Positions 1 through 9,876 of a DNA stretch of 64,000 nucleotides are shown here, piece after piece (within the stretch, counting starts at the first letter, position 1; every line of letters starts with the position of its first letter). Below the pieces are notes generated by a model that was given only the letters and a program-made list of their open reading frames with translations, was not told where the DNA came from and searched no databases. Both the position numbers and the translations under genes were made by a program. This stretch comes from Roseomonas sp. (lineage in GTDB: Bacteria; Pseudomonadota; Alphaproteobacteria; Acetobacterales; Acetobacteraceae): contig JAYRJZ010000001.1 in the NCBI GenBank assembly GCA_041906015.1, forward strand, positions 58,150-122,149, written 5' to 3'.

Positions 1-1474
1 GCATCGCCTTCACCGGCTGTGCCGCCTTCAGCGCGGCGAGGTCCGGCACCGGCCGGCGCAGCGTCGCGTCGCCTGCGAAGGCGTCCTCGATCGCCGCTGC
101 CACGCGCAGCACCAGCGCGTCGCCGCCGCGCGGCCCGACGATCTGCAGGCCGAAGGGCATGCCGAGCGCATCGACGCCCATCGGCAGCGAGATCGCCGGA
201 TGCCCGCACAGCGTCACGTAGTAGGCGCAGGCGAGCCAGTGGAAGTAGGTCCGCGTCGGCTTGCCGTCGATCTCGGCGGGGTAGAGTTCCTTCCACGGGC
301 GGGGCGAGACGGTGATCGCCGGCGTGATCAGGATGTCGTGGCGGGCGAAGAAATGCTGCCAGGCGCGGTAGATGCGCGTCTGCGCCGCTGCGGCATTCGC
401 CGCATCCTCGAGCGTGTAGCGCAGCCCTTCCTCGACATTGGCGCGGACATTGGGGCCGACCATCTCGGGCGTCTCGCGCACCTTCTGGGCATGGGCGGTG
501 ACGAACATCATGGCGCGCAGCACCTCGAAGGCCTCATCGCCGCCGCGGCAATCGGGGTCGGCCTCCTCCGCCGCGCCGAATAGCGGCGCGATCGCCTTGG
601 CACGGATGGCGAAGGCGTCGCGGACCAGCTTCTCGACCGGCGCCTGGCCGAAATCGACGCTGACGGCGAGCCGCAGCGAGGCAAGATCAACCGGCTTCAC
701 CGGATGATACCGCCAGCCGAGGCCACGCACCGGCTCGCCGGGCAGGGTATAGGCCAGCGGATCGCGCGCATCGTCGGAGGCCATGGCCGCGAACATCAGC
801 GCCGTATCGGTCGCGGTGCGCGCCATTGGCCCCAGCACCGGCAGGCCCGACCAGCCATGCGGGCGGCGTTCGGAGGGCACCACGCCTGGCGAGGGCCGGA
901 AGCCGACGATGCCGTTGAACGCGGCCGGGTTGCGGAGCGACCCGCCCGTATCCGACCCGGTGCAGACCGGCGTCATGCCGCAAGCGAGGGCGACGCCCGA
1001 CCCGCCCGAGGAGCCGGCCGCCGACTTCGTCGGATCGAAAGGATTGCCCGTCACGCCATGGACCGCGTTGCGGGTATTCGCCCCGGCGCCGAATTCCGGG
1101 GTGTTGGTCTTGCCCACCACCACCGCACCGGCGGCGCGCAGGTTGCCGACCATGATGGAATCGGCCTGGGCGACATTGTCCTTGAAGAGCGGGCTGCCGA
1201 AGGTGGTCGGCAGGCCCTTCGCGTCATCGAGGTCCTTCACGCCGAGCGGCAGGCCATGCAGCAGGCCGAGCTTCTCGCCCTTCATCACGGCGGCCTCGGC
1301 GGCCTTGGCCGTGGCGCGGGCGGCGGGCTCGTCCATCGCGACCATGGCGTTGACCGCGTGGTTCACCTCGCCGATGCGCTTGAGGCAGGACTCCAGCAAT
1401 TCCACCGGCGAGAGCGCCTTGCGCCCGATCAGGCGGCGCGCCTCGAGGGCCGTGAGGTCGCAGGGTTCGGTCAT
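1..1474 (-). CDS. Amidase signature family protein (3' end runs off the window)
   Basis: Not in the ORF track. Manual translation from ATG 1474 gives MTEPCDLTALEARRLIGRKALSPVELL...HGLPLGVKD...GKTNTPEF...GSSGGS...GSDTGGSLRNPA, the amidase Lys/Ser/Ser motifs. The ATG overlaps the upstream TGA (ATGA). Confidence 0.92.
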   Translation of the reverse strand, partial: MTEPCDLTALEARRLIGRKALSPVELLESCLKRIGEVNHAVNAMVAMDEPAARATAKAAEAAVMKGEKLGLLHGLPLGVKDLDDAKGLPTTFGSPLFKDNVAQADSIMVGNLRAAGAVVVGKTNTPEFGAGANTRNAVHGVTGNPFDPTKSAAGSSGGSGVALACGMTPVCTGSDTGGSLRNPAAFNGIVGFRPSPGVVPSERRPHGWSGLPVLGPMARTATDTALMFAAMASDDARDPLAYTLPGEPVRGLGWRYHPVKPVDLASLRLAVSVDFGQAPVEKLVRDAFAIRAKAIAPLFGAAEEADPDCRGGDEAFEVLRAMMFVTAHAQKVRETPEMVGPNVRANVEEGLRYTLEDAANAAAAQTRIYRAWQHFFARHDILITPAITVSPRPWKELYPAEIDGKPTRTYFHWLACAYYVTLCGHPAISLPMGVDALGMPFGLQIVGPRGGDALVLRVAAAIEDAFAGDATLRRPVPDLAALKAAQPVKAM

Positions 1475-1974
1475 GCGCCGAGTTCCTTTTCGTAGAGTCC
1501 GAGCGTGTGCCGGTCGAAGCAGGCGAAGGTCACGGCGACATCGCCGTGGCGCGCACAATCCTCCCGCACGGTCGCGACGGCAATCCGGGTCGCCTGGTCG
1601 GGCGGGTAGCCGAAGATGCCGGTGGAAATGGCGGGGAAGGCGATGGAGCGGCCATTCGCCTCGCGCAGCAGGCGCAGCGCTTCGCGGTAGCAGGAGGCGA
1701 GGCGTTCGGCTTCCCCCGCACCGCCGCCGTGCCAGACCGGGCCGACGGCATGGATGATGTGCCGCGCCGCTAGCGCAAAGCCAGGCGTGATGCGCGCTTC
1801 TCCGGTCGGACAGGGGGCGACGGCGGCGCAGGCGGCGGCCAGTTGCTCCGCCCCGGCGGCACGGAAGATGGCGCCGCAGACACCGCCACCCATCAGCAGG
1901 CCTTCATTGGCCGCATTGACGATGGCATCGACCGCGAGCGCCGTAATGTCGGCCTGGATCGCGCACCGGGTCAT
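1471..1974 (-). CDS. Macro domain protein (YmdB-like O-acetyl-ADP-ribose deacetylase)
   Basis: DIT..AVDAIVNAAN..L.GGGVCGAI, IIHAVGP and SIAFPAISTGIFGYP motifs. Start trimmed to ATG 1974. Confidence 0.93.
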   Translation of the reverse strand: MTRCAIQADITALAVDAIVNAANEGLLMGGGVCGAIFRAAGAEQLAAACAAVAPCPTGEARITPGFALAARHIIHAVGPVWHGGGAGEAERLASCYREALRLLREANGRSIAFPAISTGIFGYPPDQATRIAVATVREDCARHGDVAVTFACFDRHTLGLYEKELGA

Positions 1975-2170
1975 GGCAGGGCACCTCCCTGCCTCGCTCC
2001 GTGACATGGGGCGGTCCAGCTTCGCAAGGCTGCGCGGGCCTTGTCGGGCAGCGGGCCGGTGCCTTCGCCGATACACCCTGTCGCCGCGCTGCTGCCTGAG
2101 CCAGCGGCGCCGGGAACGTTTCCGGATCGCGGACGGGGCCATGCTCCCCGCCCGCTGACCTGCGCGGGGC

Positions 2171-3775
2171 TCAATACCCCATCGCACACCCATCCTTGCG
2201 CGGATCGGACCCGCCGACGAGGCAGCCCTTCTCACGGTCGATCAAGATCGCCTGCCCGCCGCCATGCGGCTTGTCGATCAGCGTGCACTCGTGACCGAGC
2301 CGGTTCAGCCGATCGACCACCTGGCCCGGGATGCCGTGCTCGATCTGCACCTTGCCGTCCTGCGGCATCAGGCGCGGGAAGTCGATCGCCTCCTGCACAT
2401 CCATGCCGAACTCGAAGTGGTTCGCCAGGAACAGCGTCTGGCCGGTCGGCTGGAAGCGTCCGCCCATCACGCCATACGGCATGATCGCCTGGCCATCCTT
2501 CATCACCATGCCGGGGATGATGGTGTGCAGCGGCCGCTTGCGGGGCGCGATGCAGTTCGGGTGCCCGTCCTCGATGCGGAAGCCGAAGCCGCGATTCTGC
2601 AGCATCACCCCGGCGCCTTCGGCGAGGATGCCCGACCCGAAGCCCTCGAACAGCGAGTTGATGAAGGACACGGCGTTGCCGTCCTTGTCCACCACGCACA
2701 GGTAGACCGTGTCCTTGTGCTTCGCGAGGTCGCTTTCGCCCGCCGGCGGCAGCTCCGGCATCGCCTTCGCATCGTCGATGAGGGCCGCGAGGCGGCTGAG
2801 ATACTCGTCCGACAGCAGCTTCTCCACCGGCACATCCACCATGGACGGATCGGCGAGGAAGGCGTCGCGGTCGCGATAAGCCAGCCGCGCCGCCTCAATG
2901 TGGCGATGGAAGCGCTCGGCGCTCAGCGGCCCCTGTTCCGGCGTCGGCAGCTTGCCGATCATGCCGAGGATCTGGAGCACATGCATGCCCGACCCGTTGG
3001 GCGGGCACTGGAAGACCTCGACATCGCGCCACTTGATCGAAATGGGCTCGACGAATTCCGCGACATCGGCGCCGAGGGCGAAGTCCTCCTCGGTATGCAG
3101 CCCGCCGGCGGCGCGCAGCGTCGCGACCATGTCGGCCGCGACCTCGCCCTCATAGAAGGCCTTCTTGCCGCGCGCGGCGACGGCGCGCAGCGTCTTCGCG
3201 AGTTCCGGCTGCACGAAGCGCGAACCGAGCTCTGGCGCCTGCCCGTCGCGCAGGAAGCGCCGCGCGGAGGCCGGGTGCTTCGACAGCTTGCCCACCAGCC
3301 CCTGCCAATCCCAATGCACGCGCGGCGAGACGGCGAAGCCTTCCTCGGCATAGGCGATGGCGGCCTGGAGGATGCGGTCCAGCCCCAGCTTCCCATGCGT
3401 CCGGTTCAGCAACTCCCAGGCACTGATGGCGCCGGGGATCGTCACCGAATGGGCCGAGGTGTTGACCATCTTCGTCAGCCCGGCGGCACGCATCGCCTCC
3501 GGCGTCGCGGCGGCCGGCGCGCGGCCCGATCCGTTCAGCGCGATGACCTTGGACGAGCCGGCCGGGACATAGAGGCAGAAATTGTCGCCGCCGATGCCCG
3601 TCGATTCCGGCTCGATCACGCATTGCACGGCGCAGGCGGCGATGGCGGCATCCATCGCATTGCCCCCGGCACGCAGGATGTCGAGCGCCGCGAGCGTCGC
3701 CTGCGGCATGGAGGTCGCGGCCATGCCGTTGGTGCCAAAGGCGGGGCTGCGGCCGGGCAGGTGGAAATCGCGCAT
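2171..3775 (-). CDS. Gamma-glutamyltransferase family protein (Ntn hydrolase)
   Basis: GGNAMDAA, TGIGGD, nucleophile region DTVYLCVVDKDGNAVS, RPLHTIIPG and C-terminal GGSDPRKDG. Start set at MRDFHLPGR. Confidence 0.93.
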   Translation of the reverse strand: MRDFHLPGRSPAFGTNGMAATSMPQATLAALDILRAGGNAMDAAIAACAVQCVIEPESTGIGGDNFCLYVPAGSSKVIALNGSGRAPAAATPEAMRAAGLTKMVNTSAHSVTIPGAISAWELLNRTHGKLGLDRILQAAIAYAEEGFAVSPRVHWDWQGLVGKLSKHPASARRFLRDGQAPELGSRFVQPELAKTLRAVAARGKKAFYEGEVAADMVATLRAAGGLHTEEDFALGADVAEFVEPISIKWRDVEVFQCPPNGSGMHVLQILGMIGKLPTPEQGPLSAERFHRHIEAARLAYRDRDAFLADPSMVDVPVEKLLSDEYLSRLAALIDDAKAMPELPPAGESDLAKHKDTVYLCVVDKDGNAVSFINSLFEGFGSGILAEGAGVMLQNRGFGFRIEDGHPNCIAPRKRPLHTIIPGMVMKDGQAIMPYGVMGGRFQPTGQTLFLANHFEFGMDVQEAIDFPRLMPQDGKVQIEHGIPGQVVDRLNRLGHECTLIDKPHGGGQAILIDREKGCLVGGSDPRKDGCAMGY

Positions 3776-3910
3776 CGCTTGGTCCGTCTTCCGTCGAGAA
3801 TGTGACCCCATCCATGCAACGGGATGGCGGCCGTGGAAAGGCCAGGGGGGCGACTGAGCTGCCCTGCGATGCTGGAATGGCAGCAAGGCACTGCCGGAGA
3901 ATCCCGCCCC

Positions 3911-4963
3911 ATGTCGCTGCATCGCCGCCTGATCCTGACGGCCGCCCTCGCCTTTCCCATGCTGGCCCGCGCCAGGGAAGCAGCGCCGCCTGTCGGTCCG
4001 GCGCGGAGCATCCCTGCCCGGTCGCTTCCCGTGCCCGGCACGGTCAGTCCGGCATTGCAGCGCCTGATCGCCGCGCCCTACCCGCCCGGCTGGGACGTGG
4101 TCCCGGCCAACGCCGAGGCCTGGCGCGCGCTGCAGCGCAGCACGAATGCCGCCATCGAACCGCACATGCCCGCCCTTGCCGCCGCGCTGCGCGTGCGGGT
4201 CGAATCATCGGCCATCGCCGGCGTGCCGGTCTTCGTCATCACGCCGGAGGACCTGCCGCTCGAGAACCGCGACCGCCTGCTGATGCATCTGCATGGCGGG
4301 GGCTACGTGCTCTTCCCCGGCATCGTCGGCGCCGGGGAGGCGATGGTCATGGCGAGCCATGGCCGCTTCCGCTGCATCTCGGTCGATTACCGCATGGCCC
4401 CGGACCATCCCTTCCCCGCGGCGCTCGAGGATTCCATCGCCGTCTGGCGCGCGCTTGCGGGCGAACGCGATCCGCGCCGCATGGCGATCTTCGGCAGTTC
4501 GGCCGGCGGCGGGCTGACCCTCGCGACGCTGCTGCGGGCGCGCGCGCTCGGCCTGCCCTTCCCCGCCGCCATCGCACCGGGCACGCCCTGGTGCGACCTG
4601 ACGGGCGCGGGGGATTCGATCGAGGCCAACGCCTATGTCGACAACGTGCTGGTCGCGGAAAGCGGCTGGGTGTCGGGGGCGGCGCGGCTCTACGCGGCGG
4701 GGCGGGATCTCGCCGACCCGCTGATCTCCCCGATCAATGGCGACTTCGCGGGTTTCCCGCCGGCGATCCTGACCTCCGGCACACGCGACCTGCTGCTGAG
4801 CGACACAGTGCGCGCGCATCGCAAGCTGCGCCGGGCGGGGGTCGTCGCGGAACTCCAGGTGTTCGAAGGGCAGAGCCACGCGCAGTTCATCAGCCCGGGT
4901 GTGCCGGAAACGGCGGAAGCCTTCGGGGAGATGGCACGATTCCTGGGGCGGTTCCTGGCCTGA
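3911..4963 (+). CDS. Exported HSL-type alpha/beta hydrolase (esterase)
   Basis: HGGG oxyanion motif, GSSAGG nucleophile elbow, N-terminal RR plus hydrophobic signal. Confidence 0.88.
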   Translation: MSLHRRLILTAALAFPMLARAREAAPPVGPARSIPARSLPVPGTVSPALQRLIAAPYPPGWDVVPANAEAWRALQRSTNAAIEPHMPALAAALRVRVESSAIAGVPVFVITPEDLPLENRDRLLMHLHGGGYVLFPGIVGAGEAMVMASHGRFRCISVDYRMAPDHPFPAALEDSIAVWRALAGERDPRRMAIFGSSAGGGLTLATLLRARALGLPFPAAIAPGTPWCDLTGAGDSIEANAYVDNVLVAESGWVSGAARLYAAGRDLADPLISPINGDFAGFPPAILTSGTRDLLLSDTVRAHRKLRRAGVVAELQVFEGQSHAQFISPGVPETAEAFGEMARFLGRFLA

Positions 4964-4978
4964 CCGCCCCTTCGGCCT

Positions 4979-6682
4979 TCAGCCCGCTATCGCATAGGCT
5001 GGTCGGCGCGGATCCGCCCCGGCCCGCACCAGCCCTGCCTTCGGGTCGGACATCACCGCCTCCACGCTGCCGGCGAGCCAGGTCATCTCCGGCCATTCCT
5101 TGACCTGGTGCCCGCGCCCGGCGAGGTCGTCGCGCACCGTCTGCGGGATACGCGCCTCGACGGCAACACGGCCGGGGAAATAGTCGAAGGGAGCGAAGGA
5201 GGACGGAAAGGCGTAGGAGGCGATGCGCGGCGCCTCGATCGCTTCCTGCAATTCCATGCCGAAGTGGAAGACGTTCAGCATCACCTGCAGCATGGCCTGG
5301 ATCTGCACGTCGCCGCCCGGCGTGCCGAACGGCATGACGCCGCCATCTTCCGTCACCAGCATCGCCGGGTTGGGTGTCAGCCGCGGCCGCTTGCCCGGCG
5401 CGACGCCTGAGGGATGTGCGGGATCGGGCCGCGACTGGCTGCCGCGGTTCGACGGTACGATGCCCAGCCCGGGGACCACCGGCGAGTTCCAAGACCCATC
5501 GGACGGCGTCGCGCTGAAGGCGTTGCCCCAGCGGTCCACCACGGCGACATAGGAGGTGTCGGCTTCCACGGTCGGCAGGTCGCTGCGCACCGGGCCATCG
5601 GCCGGCCGACCGGTGCCGAGCAGCGGATCATACATCGTCGGATGCGCACGCTGCGGGTCGATCTGCCGCAGCCGCGCATCGAGATGATCCGGCGACAGCA
5701 GCCCATCGAGCGGTACCTGGGTGAAGAGCGGATCGCCGAAATGGTATTCGCGGTCGGCCATGGCGACCTTCACGCATTCGGTCAGCAGGTGCAGGTAATC
5801 GGCCGAGTTGTGCGCCATGCCCGCGAAACCGGCACGTTCCATCAGCAGGAGTGCCTCGGCCAGCGCCGGGCCCTGGCACCACGGGCCGCAGGTCAGCAGC
5901 GTATGCCCCCGCCAGGGCCGCGCCACAGCGGGTTCGAGGCGCGAGCGGAAGCCCTCCATGTCTTCCATGGACAGGAAGCCGCCCTCGGCCTGGATGAAGC
6001 GCACGATCTCGCGGGCGATGTCACCGCGATAGAAGGCCGCATGGGCCGCGGCGAGCCCCGCCATGCGCCCGCCCTTGGCCGCGGCGCGCTTCTCCTCCTC
6101 GACCATATAGGAGAGCGTGCGGCCGAGGTCGGATTGCACGAAGCGCGCGCCGACCTTGGGCGGCTCCCCGCCAGGCAGGTAGATGGCGGCGTTGGATGGA
6201 TATTTCCGGTAGTCATCGAGATGCAACGCCACCGTCTCCGCCAGCAGCGGGAAGACGGCGAAGCCCTCCGAGGCATAGCGGATCGCGTATTGCGCGACCT
6301 CGCCGAAGCCCATGGTGCCGTGGCGTTCCAGCGCGGTGATCCAGGCATCGGGGGCGGCCGGCACCACGGTGCGGCGCACACCGTTGGGAATCTTGCCGCC
6401 ATGTTCCCGCATGAACACATCCGGCGGCAGGGAACGCGGCCAATGGCCAAGGCCCGCGATGGTCTCCACCGTGCCGTCGGCCATGCGGATCAGAATGGGC
6501 GCGACACCCGCCACATTGACCAGGTCCGGCAGCACGACGCCGAGCGCGATGCCCGCCGCGCATCCGGCATCGACCGCATTGCCGCCCGCCTCCAGCACCG
6601 CGGCACCCGCCGAGGCCGCCAGGTAATGGCCGGCCGAGACGGCGTGGCGTGGACCGGACAAGGTGGGACGGGTGCTGGCCAT
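4979..6682 (-). CDS. Gamma-glutamyltransferase family protein (second paralogue)
   Basis: GGNAVDA, DTSYVAVVDRWGNA, PGKRPRLT, FGTPGGD and GADPRR motifs. Start set at MASTRPTL. Confidence 0.9.
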   Translation of the reverse strand: MASTRPTLSGPRHAVSAGHYLAASAGAAVLEAGGNAVDAGCAAGIALGVVLPDLVNVAGVAPILIRMADGTVETIAGLGHWPRSLPPDVFMREHGGKIPNGVRRTVVPAAPDAWITALERHGTMGFGEVAQYAIRYASEGFAVFPLLAETVALHLDDYRKYPSNAAIYLPGGEPPKVGARFVQSDLGRTLSYMVEEEKRAAAKGGRMAGLAAAHAAFYRGDIAREIVRFIQAEGGFLSMEDMEGFRSRLEPAVARPWRGHTLLTCGPWCQGPALAEALLLMERAGFAGMAHNSADYLHLLTECVKVAMADREYHFGDPLFTQVPLDGLLSPDHLDARLRQIDPQRAHPTMYDPLLGTGRPADGPVRSDLPTVEADTSYVAVVDRWGNAFSATPSDGSWNSPVVPGLGIVPSNRGSQSRPDPAHPSGVAPGKRPRLTPNPAMLVTEDGGVMPFGTPGGDVQIQAMLQVMLNVFHFGMELQEAIEAPRIASYAFPSSFAPFDYFPGRVAVEARIPQTVRDDLAGRGHQVKEWPEMTWLAGSVEAVMSDPKAGLVRAGADPRRPAYAIAG

Positions 6683-6805
6683 GGCGGGGAAGGCTCCTCT
6701 GGACGCGGGAAGCCTCGGCGCGCTGCGGCCATGCGTCAACGGTGGCTTGGCGGACGGCGGCACGGCGGCAAGGATGCGCCGCCTTGAATGAAGGGAGAAC
6801 CGCCC

Positions 6806-7591
6806 ATGGCCGACCCCGTGCTGCTGTCGATCGATGATCGCGGCATCGCCACCGCCACGCTCAACAAGCCCGCCAAGGGCAACGCCTATGACGAAGACCT
6901 GCTCGGCGCGCTGATCGCCGGGCTCGACAAGTTGCATGACGACGACAGCGTCCGCGCGCTGGTGATCCGCGGCGCGGGGAAGCACTTCCAGGCCGGCGCC
7001 GATCTCGACTGGCTGGCCAAGGCGGCGACCTATGGCCCGGAGCAGGCCTATGCGGCCTCGATGGCGACGACCACCGCCATGCAGAAGCTGAACGAATTCC
7101 CCAAGCCGACCTTCGCCCTGGTGCACGGCGCCTGCTTCGGCGGTGGCTGCGGCGTGGTCTGCTGCGTGGACGTCGCGATCGCGACTCCGCAGGCCATCTT
7201 CGGCCTGACCGAGGTGCGCGTCGGCGTCGCGCCCACGCCGATTTCCACGCACATGGTCCATGCCATGGGGCTGCGGCAGACCCGGCGCTATGCCCTGACC
7301 GGCGAGCGTTTCGACGCTGCCGAGGCGCTGCGGATCGGTCTGGTCCATGAAGTCGTCGAGGCCGATCAGGCCGAGGCGCGGCTCGCCGAGATCATCGACC
7401 AGACCATGCTCTCCGCCCCGAGCGCGATCGCCATGACCAAGGATTCATTCCTTGGTGCAAATGGCCTGAAGCTGTCGGCGCGGGAGATGTCGCTGCTCGC
7501 CCACGAATCCTGGATGCAGCGCGCCTCGGCCGACGGCAAGGAAGGGCTGGCGGCATTCCGGGAAAAGCGCCGGCCCGGCTGGTATCAGTGA
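6806..7591 (+). CDS. Enoyl-CoA hydratase/isomerase (methylglutaconyl-CoA hydratase-like)
   Basis: FQAGADL, VHGACFGGG, FGLTEVRVG and C-terminal EGLAAFREKRRP. GGAG RBS upstream. Confidence 0.9.
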   Translation: MADPVLLSIDDRGIATATLNKPAKGNAYDEDLLGALIAGLDKLHDDDSVRALVIRGAGKHFQAGADLDWLAKAATYGPEQAYAASMATTTAMQKLNEFPKPTFALVHGACFGGGCGVVCCVDVAIATPQAIFGLTEVRVGVAPTPISTHMVHAMGLRQTRRYALTGERFDAAEALRIGLVHEVVEADQAEARLAEIIDQTMLSAPSAIAMTKDSFLGANGLKLSAREMSLLAHESWMQRASADGKEGLAAFREKRRPGWYQ

Positions 7592-7597
7592 AGAATC

Positions 7598-7650
7598 GGG
7601 GGCCGCGGCCCCCGGCGGCGCGGGTCCGAGAGGGGGCAAGGCCCCTTTTC
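7598..7650 (-). repeat. Degenerate two-hairpin REP-like unit
   Basis: GGGGCCGCGGCCCC-CGGCGGCGCGGGTCC-GAGAGGGGGCAAGGCCCCTTTTC has the same layout as the copy at 34728-34789. Confidence 0.45.
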
Positions 7651-7708
7651 GGCGTCGCGTCCCGCGCCAGGCGCAACCCAGGGATGACCGGCCGACTTGT
7701 CGCAAGGC

Positions 7709-7737
7709 CTGTCATCGAACCTTCATAAAACTGCAAT
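7709..7737 (+). promoter_or_regulatory. Pho box (PhoB binding site)
   Basis: CTGTCAT-CGAA-CCTTCAT-AAAA-CTGCAAT: three half-sites at 11-bp period, about 90 bp upstream of pstS. Confidence 0.85.
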
Positions 7738-7825
7738 CGTGACGACTTTCCGGACGCCTAGAAGCCGCGACGTCGGCGCCCCCGTGAGGCGGGCGCCCGT
7801 GCAACGGAATCACGGAGAAGTCCCT

Positions 7826-8842
7826 GTGAACAGGCGGACCATCCTTCTCGGCGCTACTGCGGCGCTGACCCTCCCTCTCGCCGCGCGTGCCCAGGGCGCG
7901 CAGATCACGGGCGCGGGCGCGACCTTCCCGAACCCGATCTACCAGAAGTGGGCTGAGGCCGCCCGCAGCGCGATCGACATGCAGGTCAACTACCAGTCCG
8001 TCGGGTCGGGCGCCGGTATCAACCAGATCCGCAATCGGACGGTGGATTTCGGCGCCTCTGATGCCCCGCTGACGGAGCAGCAGCTCACCGAAGCGAATCT
8101 GATGCAGTTTCCGACGGTGATGGGCTCGCTCACCGCCATCGTGAACATCCCGGGCATCGCCAACGATCAGCTCAAGCTGACCGGACCGATCCTCGCCGAC
8201 ATCTACCTCGGCAAGATCACGCGCTGGAACGATGCCCGCATCGTCGAGATCAACCAGGGCCTGAGCCTGCCGTCGCTGGCGATCGCGCCGGCCTATCGCG
8301 CGGATGGCTCGGGCACGACCTTCGTGTGGGTGTCCTACCTCGCCGCCGTGTCGCAGGAATGGAAAGACAAGGTCGGCGTCGGCACCTCGGTCCGCTTCCC
8401 CGCCGGTACTGGCGCGCGCGGCAATGAAGGCGTTGCCGGCACCGTCCGCCAGGTGCGCGGCGCGATCGGCTATGTCGAGAACGCCTATGCCATCACCAAC
8501 CGCCTGGTGACGACGCAGATCAAGAACAAGGCCGGCAACTTCGTGAAGCCGGAGCATGCGACGTTCATGGCCGCCGCCTCCTCGGCCGATTGGAACGTGC
8601 CGGGCTTCGCGGCCAACATCATCGACACGGCCGGCCCGCAGTCCTGGCCGATCGTGGCGCCGACCTTCATCCTGCTGCCGAAGAACCCGGCCGATGCGGC
8701 GCGCAGCGCCAACGTCCGGAAGTTCTTCGACTGGGCCTACAAGGACGGCGACCGCTTGGCGCAGGAGCTGGAGTACATCCCGCTGCCGCAGGCCACGAAG
8801 GATGCGGTCCGCGCGGCCTGGGCGACCCAGTTCGGGGCTTGA
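7826..8842 (+). CDS. pstS: Phosphate ABC transporter substrate-binding protein
   Basis: GAGATFP, NYQSVGSGAG, DFGASDAPL and RADGSGTTF motifs. GTG start after GGAG. Confidence 0.97.
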   Translation: MNRRTILLGATAALTLPLAARAQGAQITGAGATFPNPIYQKWAEAARSAIDMQVNYQSVGSGAGINQIRNRTVDFGASDAPLTEQQLTEANLMQFPTVMGSLTAIVNIPGIANDQLKLTGPILADIYLGKITRWNDARIVEINQGLSLPSLAIAPAYRADGSGTTFVWVSYLAAVSQEWKDKVGVGTSVRFPAGTGARGNEGVAGTVRQVRGAIGYVENAYAITNRLVTTQIKNKAGNFVKPEHATFMAAASSADWNVPGFAANIIDTAGPQSWPIVAPTFILLPKNPADAARSANVRKFFDWAYKDGDRLAQELEYIPLPQATKDAVRAAWATQFGA

Positions 8843-8849
8843 ACCCGCG

Positions 8850-8884
8850 GGGCCCGGTCCAATTGACCGGGCCCTTCCCTTTTC
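8850..8884 (+). terminator. Stem-loop after pstS (attenuator or mRNA stabiliser)
   Basis: GGGCCCGGTC-CAATT-GACCGGGCCC, a perfect 10-bp stem followed by TTCCCTTTTC. Confidence 0.65.
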
Positions 8885-8903
8885 CTCCAGACGGGCAGAT
8901 CAC

Positions 8904-9872
8904 GTGAGCCAGGCAGCCACCGCCGCAACCCCAATGCCCGCCGTTGCACGTCGCGGCAGCAATACGGGCGACATCATCTTCGAATGGGCCTGCAAGGGCT
9001 CGGGAGTCCTCGTCCTGGCGCTGCTCGGCGCCATCATCATCGAGCTCTTCATCGCCGGCCTGCCGGCATTTCGTGCCTTTGGGCTGCCATTCATCTGGTC
9101 GACGGACTGGGATCCGGTCCAGGAAGTCTTCGGCGCCGGCGTGTCGATCTACGGCACCATCGTCACGGCTGTCCTGGCCATCGTGCTCGCCGTGCCGCTC
9201 GCCTTCGGCGTCGCCTTCTACCTGACCGAGCTCGCCCCCAACTGGCTCCGCCGCCCTGTCGGCACGGCCGTCGAACTGCTGGCCGCCGTGCCGTCGATCA
9301 TCTACGGCATGTGGGGCTTCTTCGTGATCGTCCCGGCCTTCGCGACCTATGTGCAGCCGACTCTGATCGACACGCTCGGCGAATTGCCGCTGATCGGCTT
9401 CCTGTTCCAGGGCGCGCCCTTCGGCACCGGCATCTTCACCGCGGCCTTCATCCTCGCGATCATGATCCTGCCCTTCATCGCCGCGACCATGCGGGACGTG
9501 TTCGAGCAGGTGCCCCCCGTCTACAAGGAAAGCGCCTATGGCCTGGGGGCCACGACCTGGGAAGTGATGCGCGGCGTGGTGCTGCCGTACACGCGGACCT
9601 CGGTGGTCGGCGGTATCATGCTCGGGCTCGGCCGTGCTCTGGGTGAGACCATGGCGGTCACCTTCGTCATCGGCAACGCCAACCGCATCACCTCCTCGCT
9701 CTTCGGTCCCGGCAACACCATCGCCTCGCTGGTCGCGCTGGAGTTCGGCGAAAGCGAGACCGGCAGCCTGAAGCTCGCCTCGCTGCTGGCGCTCGGCTTC
9801 ATCCTCTTCGTCCTCTCCTTCATCGTGCTCGCCACCTCGCGCTACCTGCTGCGCAACCGGCTGAAGGCCTGA
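8904..9872 (+). CDS. pstC: Phosphate ABC transporter permease
   Basis: [14 protein letters not shown] and [11 protein letters not shown] motifs; operon position. Confidence 0.96.
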   Translation: MSQAATAATPMPAVARRGSNTGDIIFEWACKGSGVLVLALLGAIIIELFIAGLPAFRAFGLPFIWSTDWDPVQEVFGAGVSIYGTIVTAVLAIVLAVPLAFGVAFYLTELAPNWLRRPVGTAVELLAAVPSIIYGMWGFFVIVPAFATYVQPTLIDTLGELPLIGFLFQGAPFGTGIFTAAFILAIMILPFIAATMRDVFEQVPPVYKESAYGLGATTWEVMRGVVLPYTRTSVVGGIMLGLGRALGETMAVTFVIGNANRITSSLFGPGNTIASLVALEFGESETGSLKLASLLALGFILFVLSFIVLATSRYLLRNRLKA

Positions 9873-9876
9873 TCCG

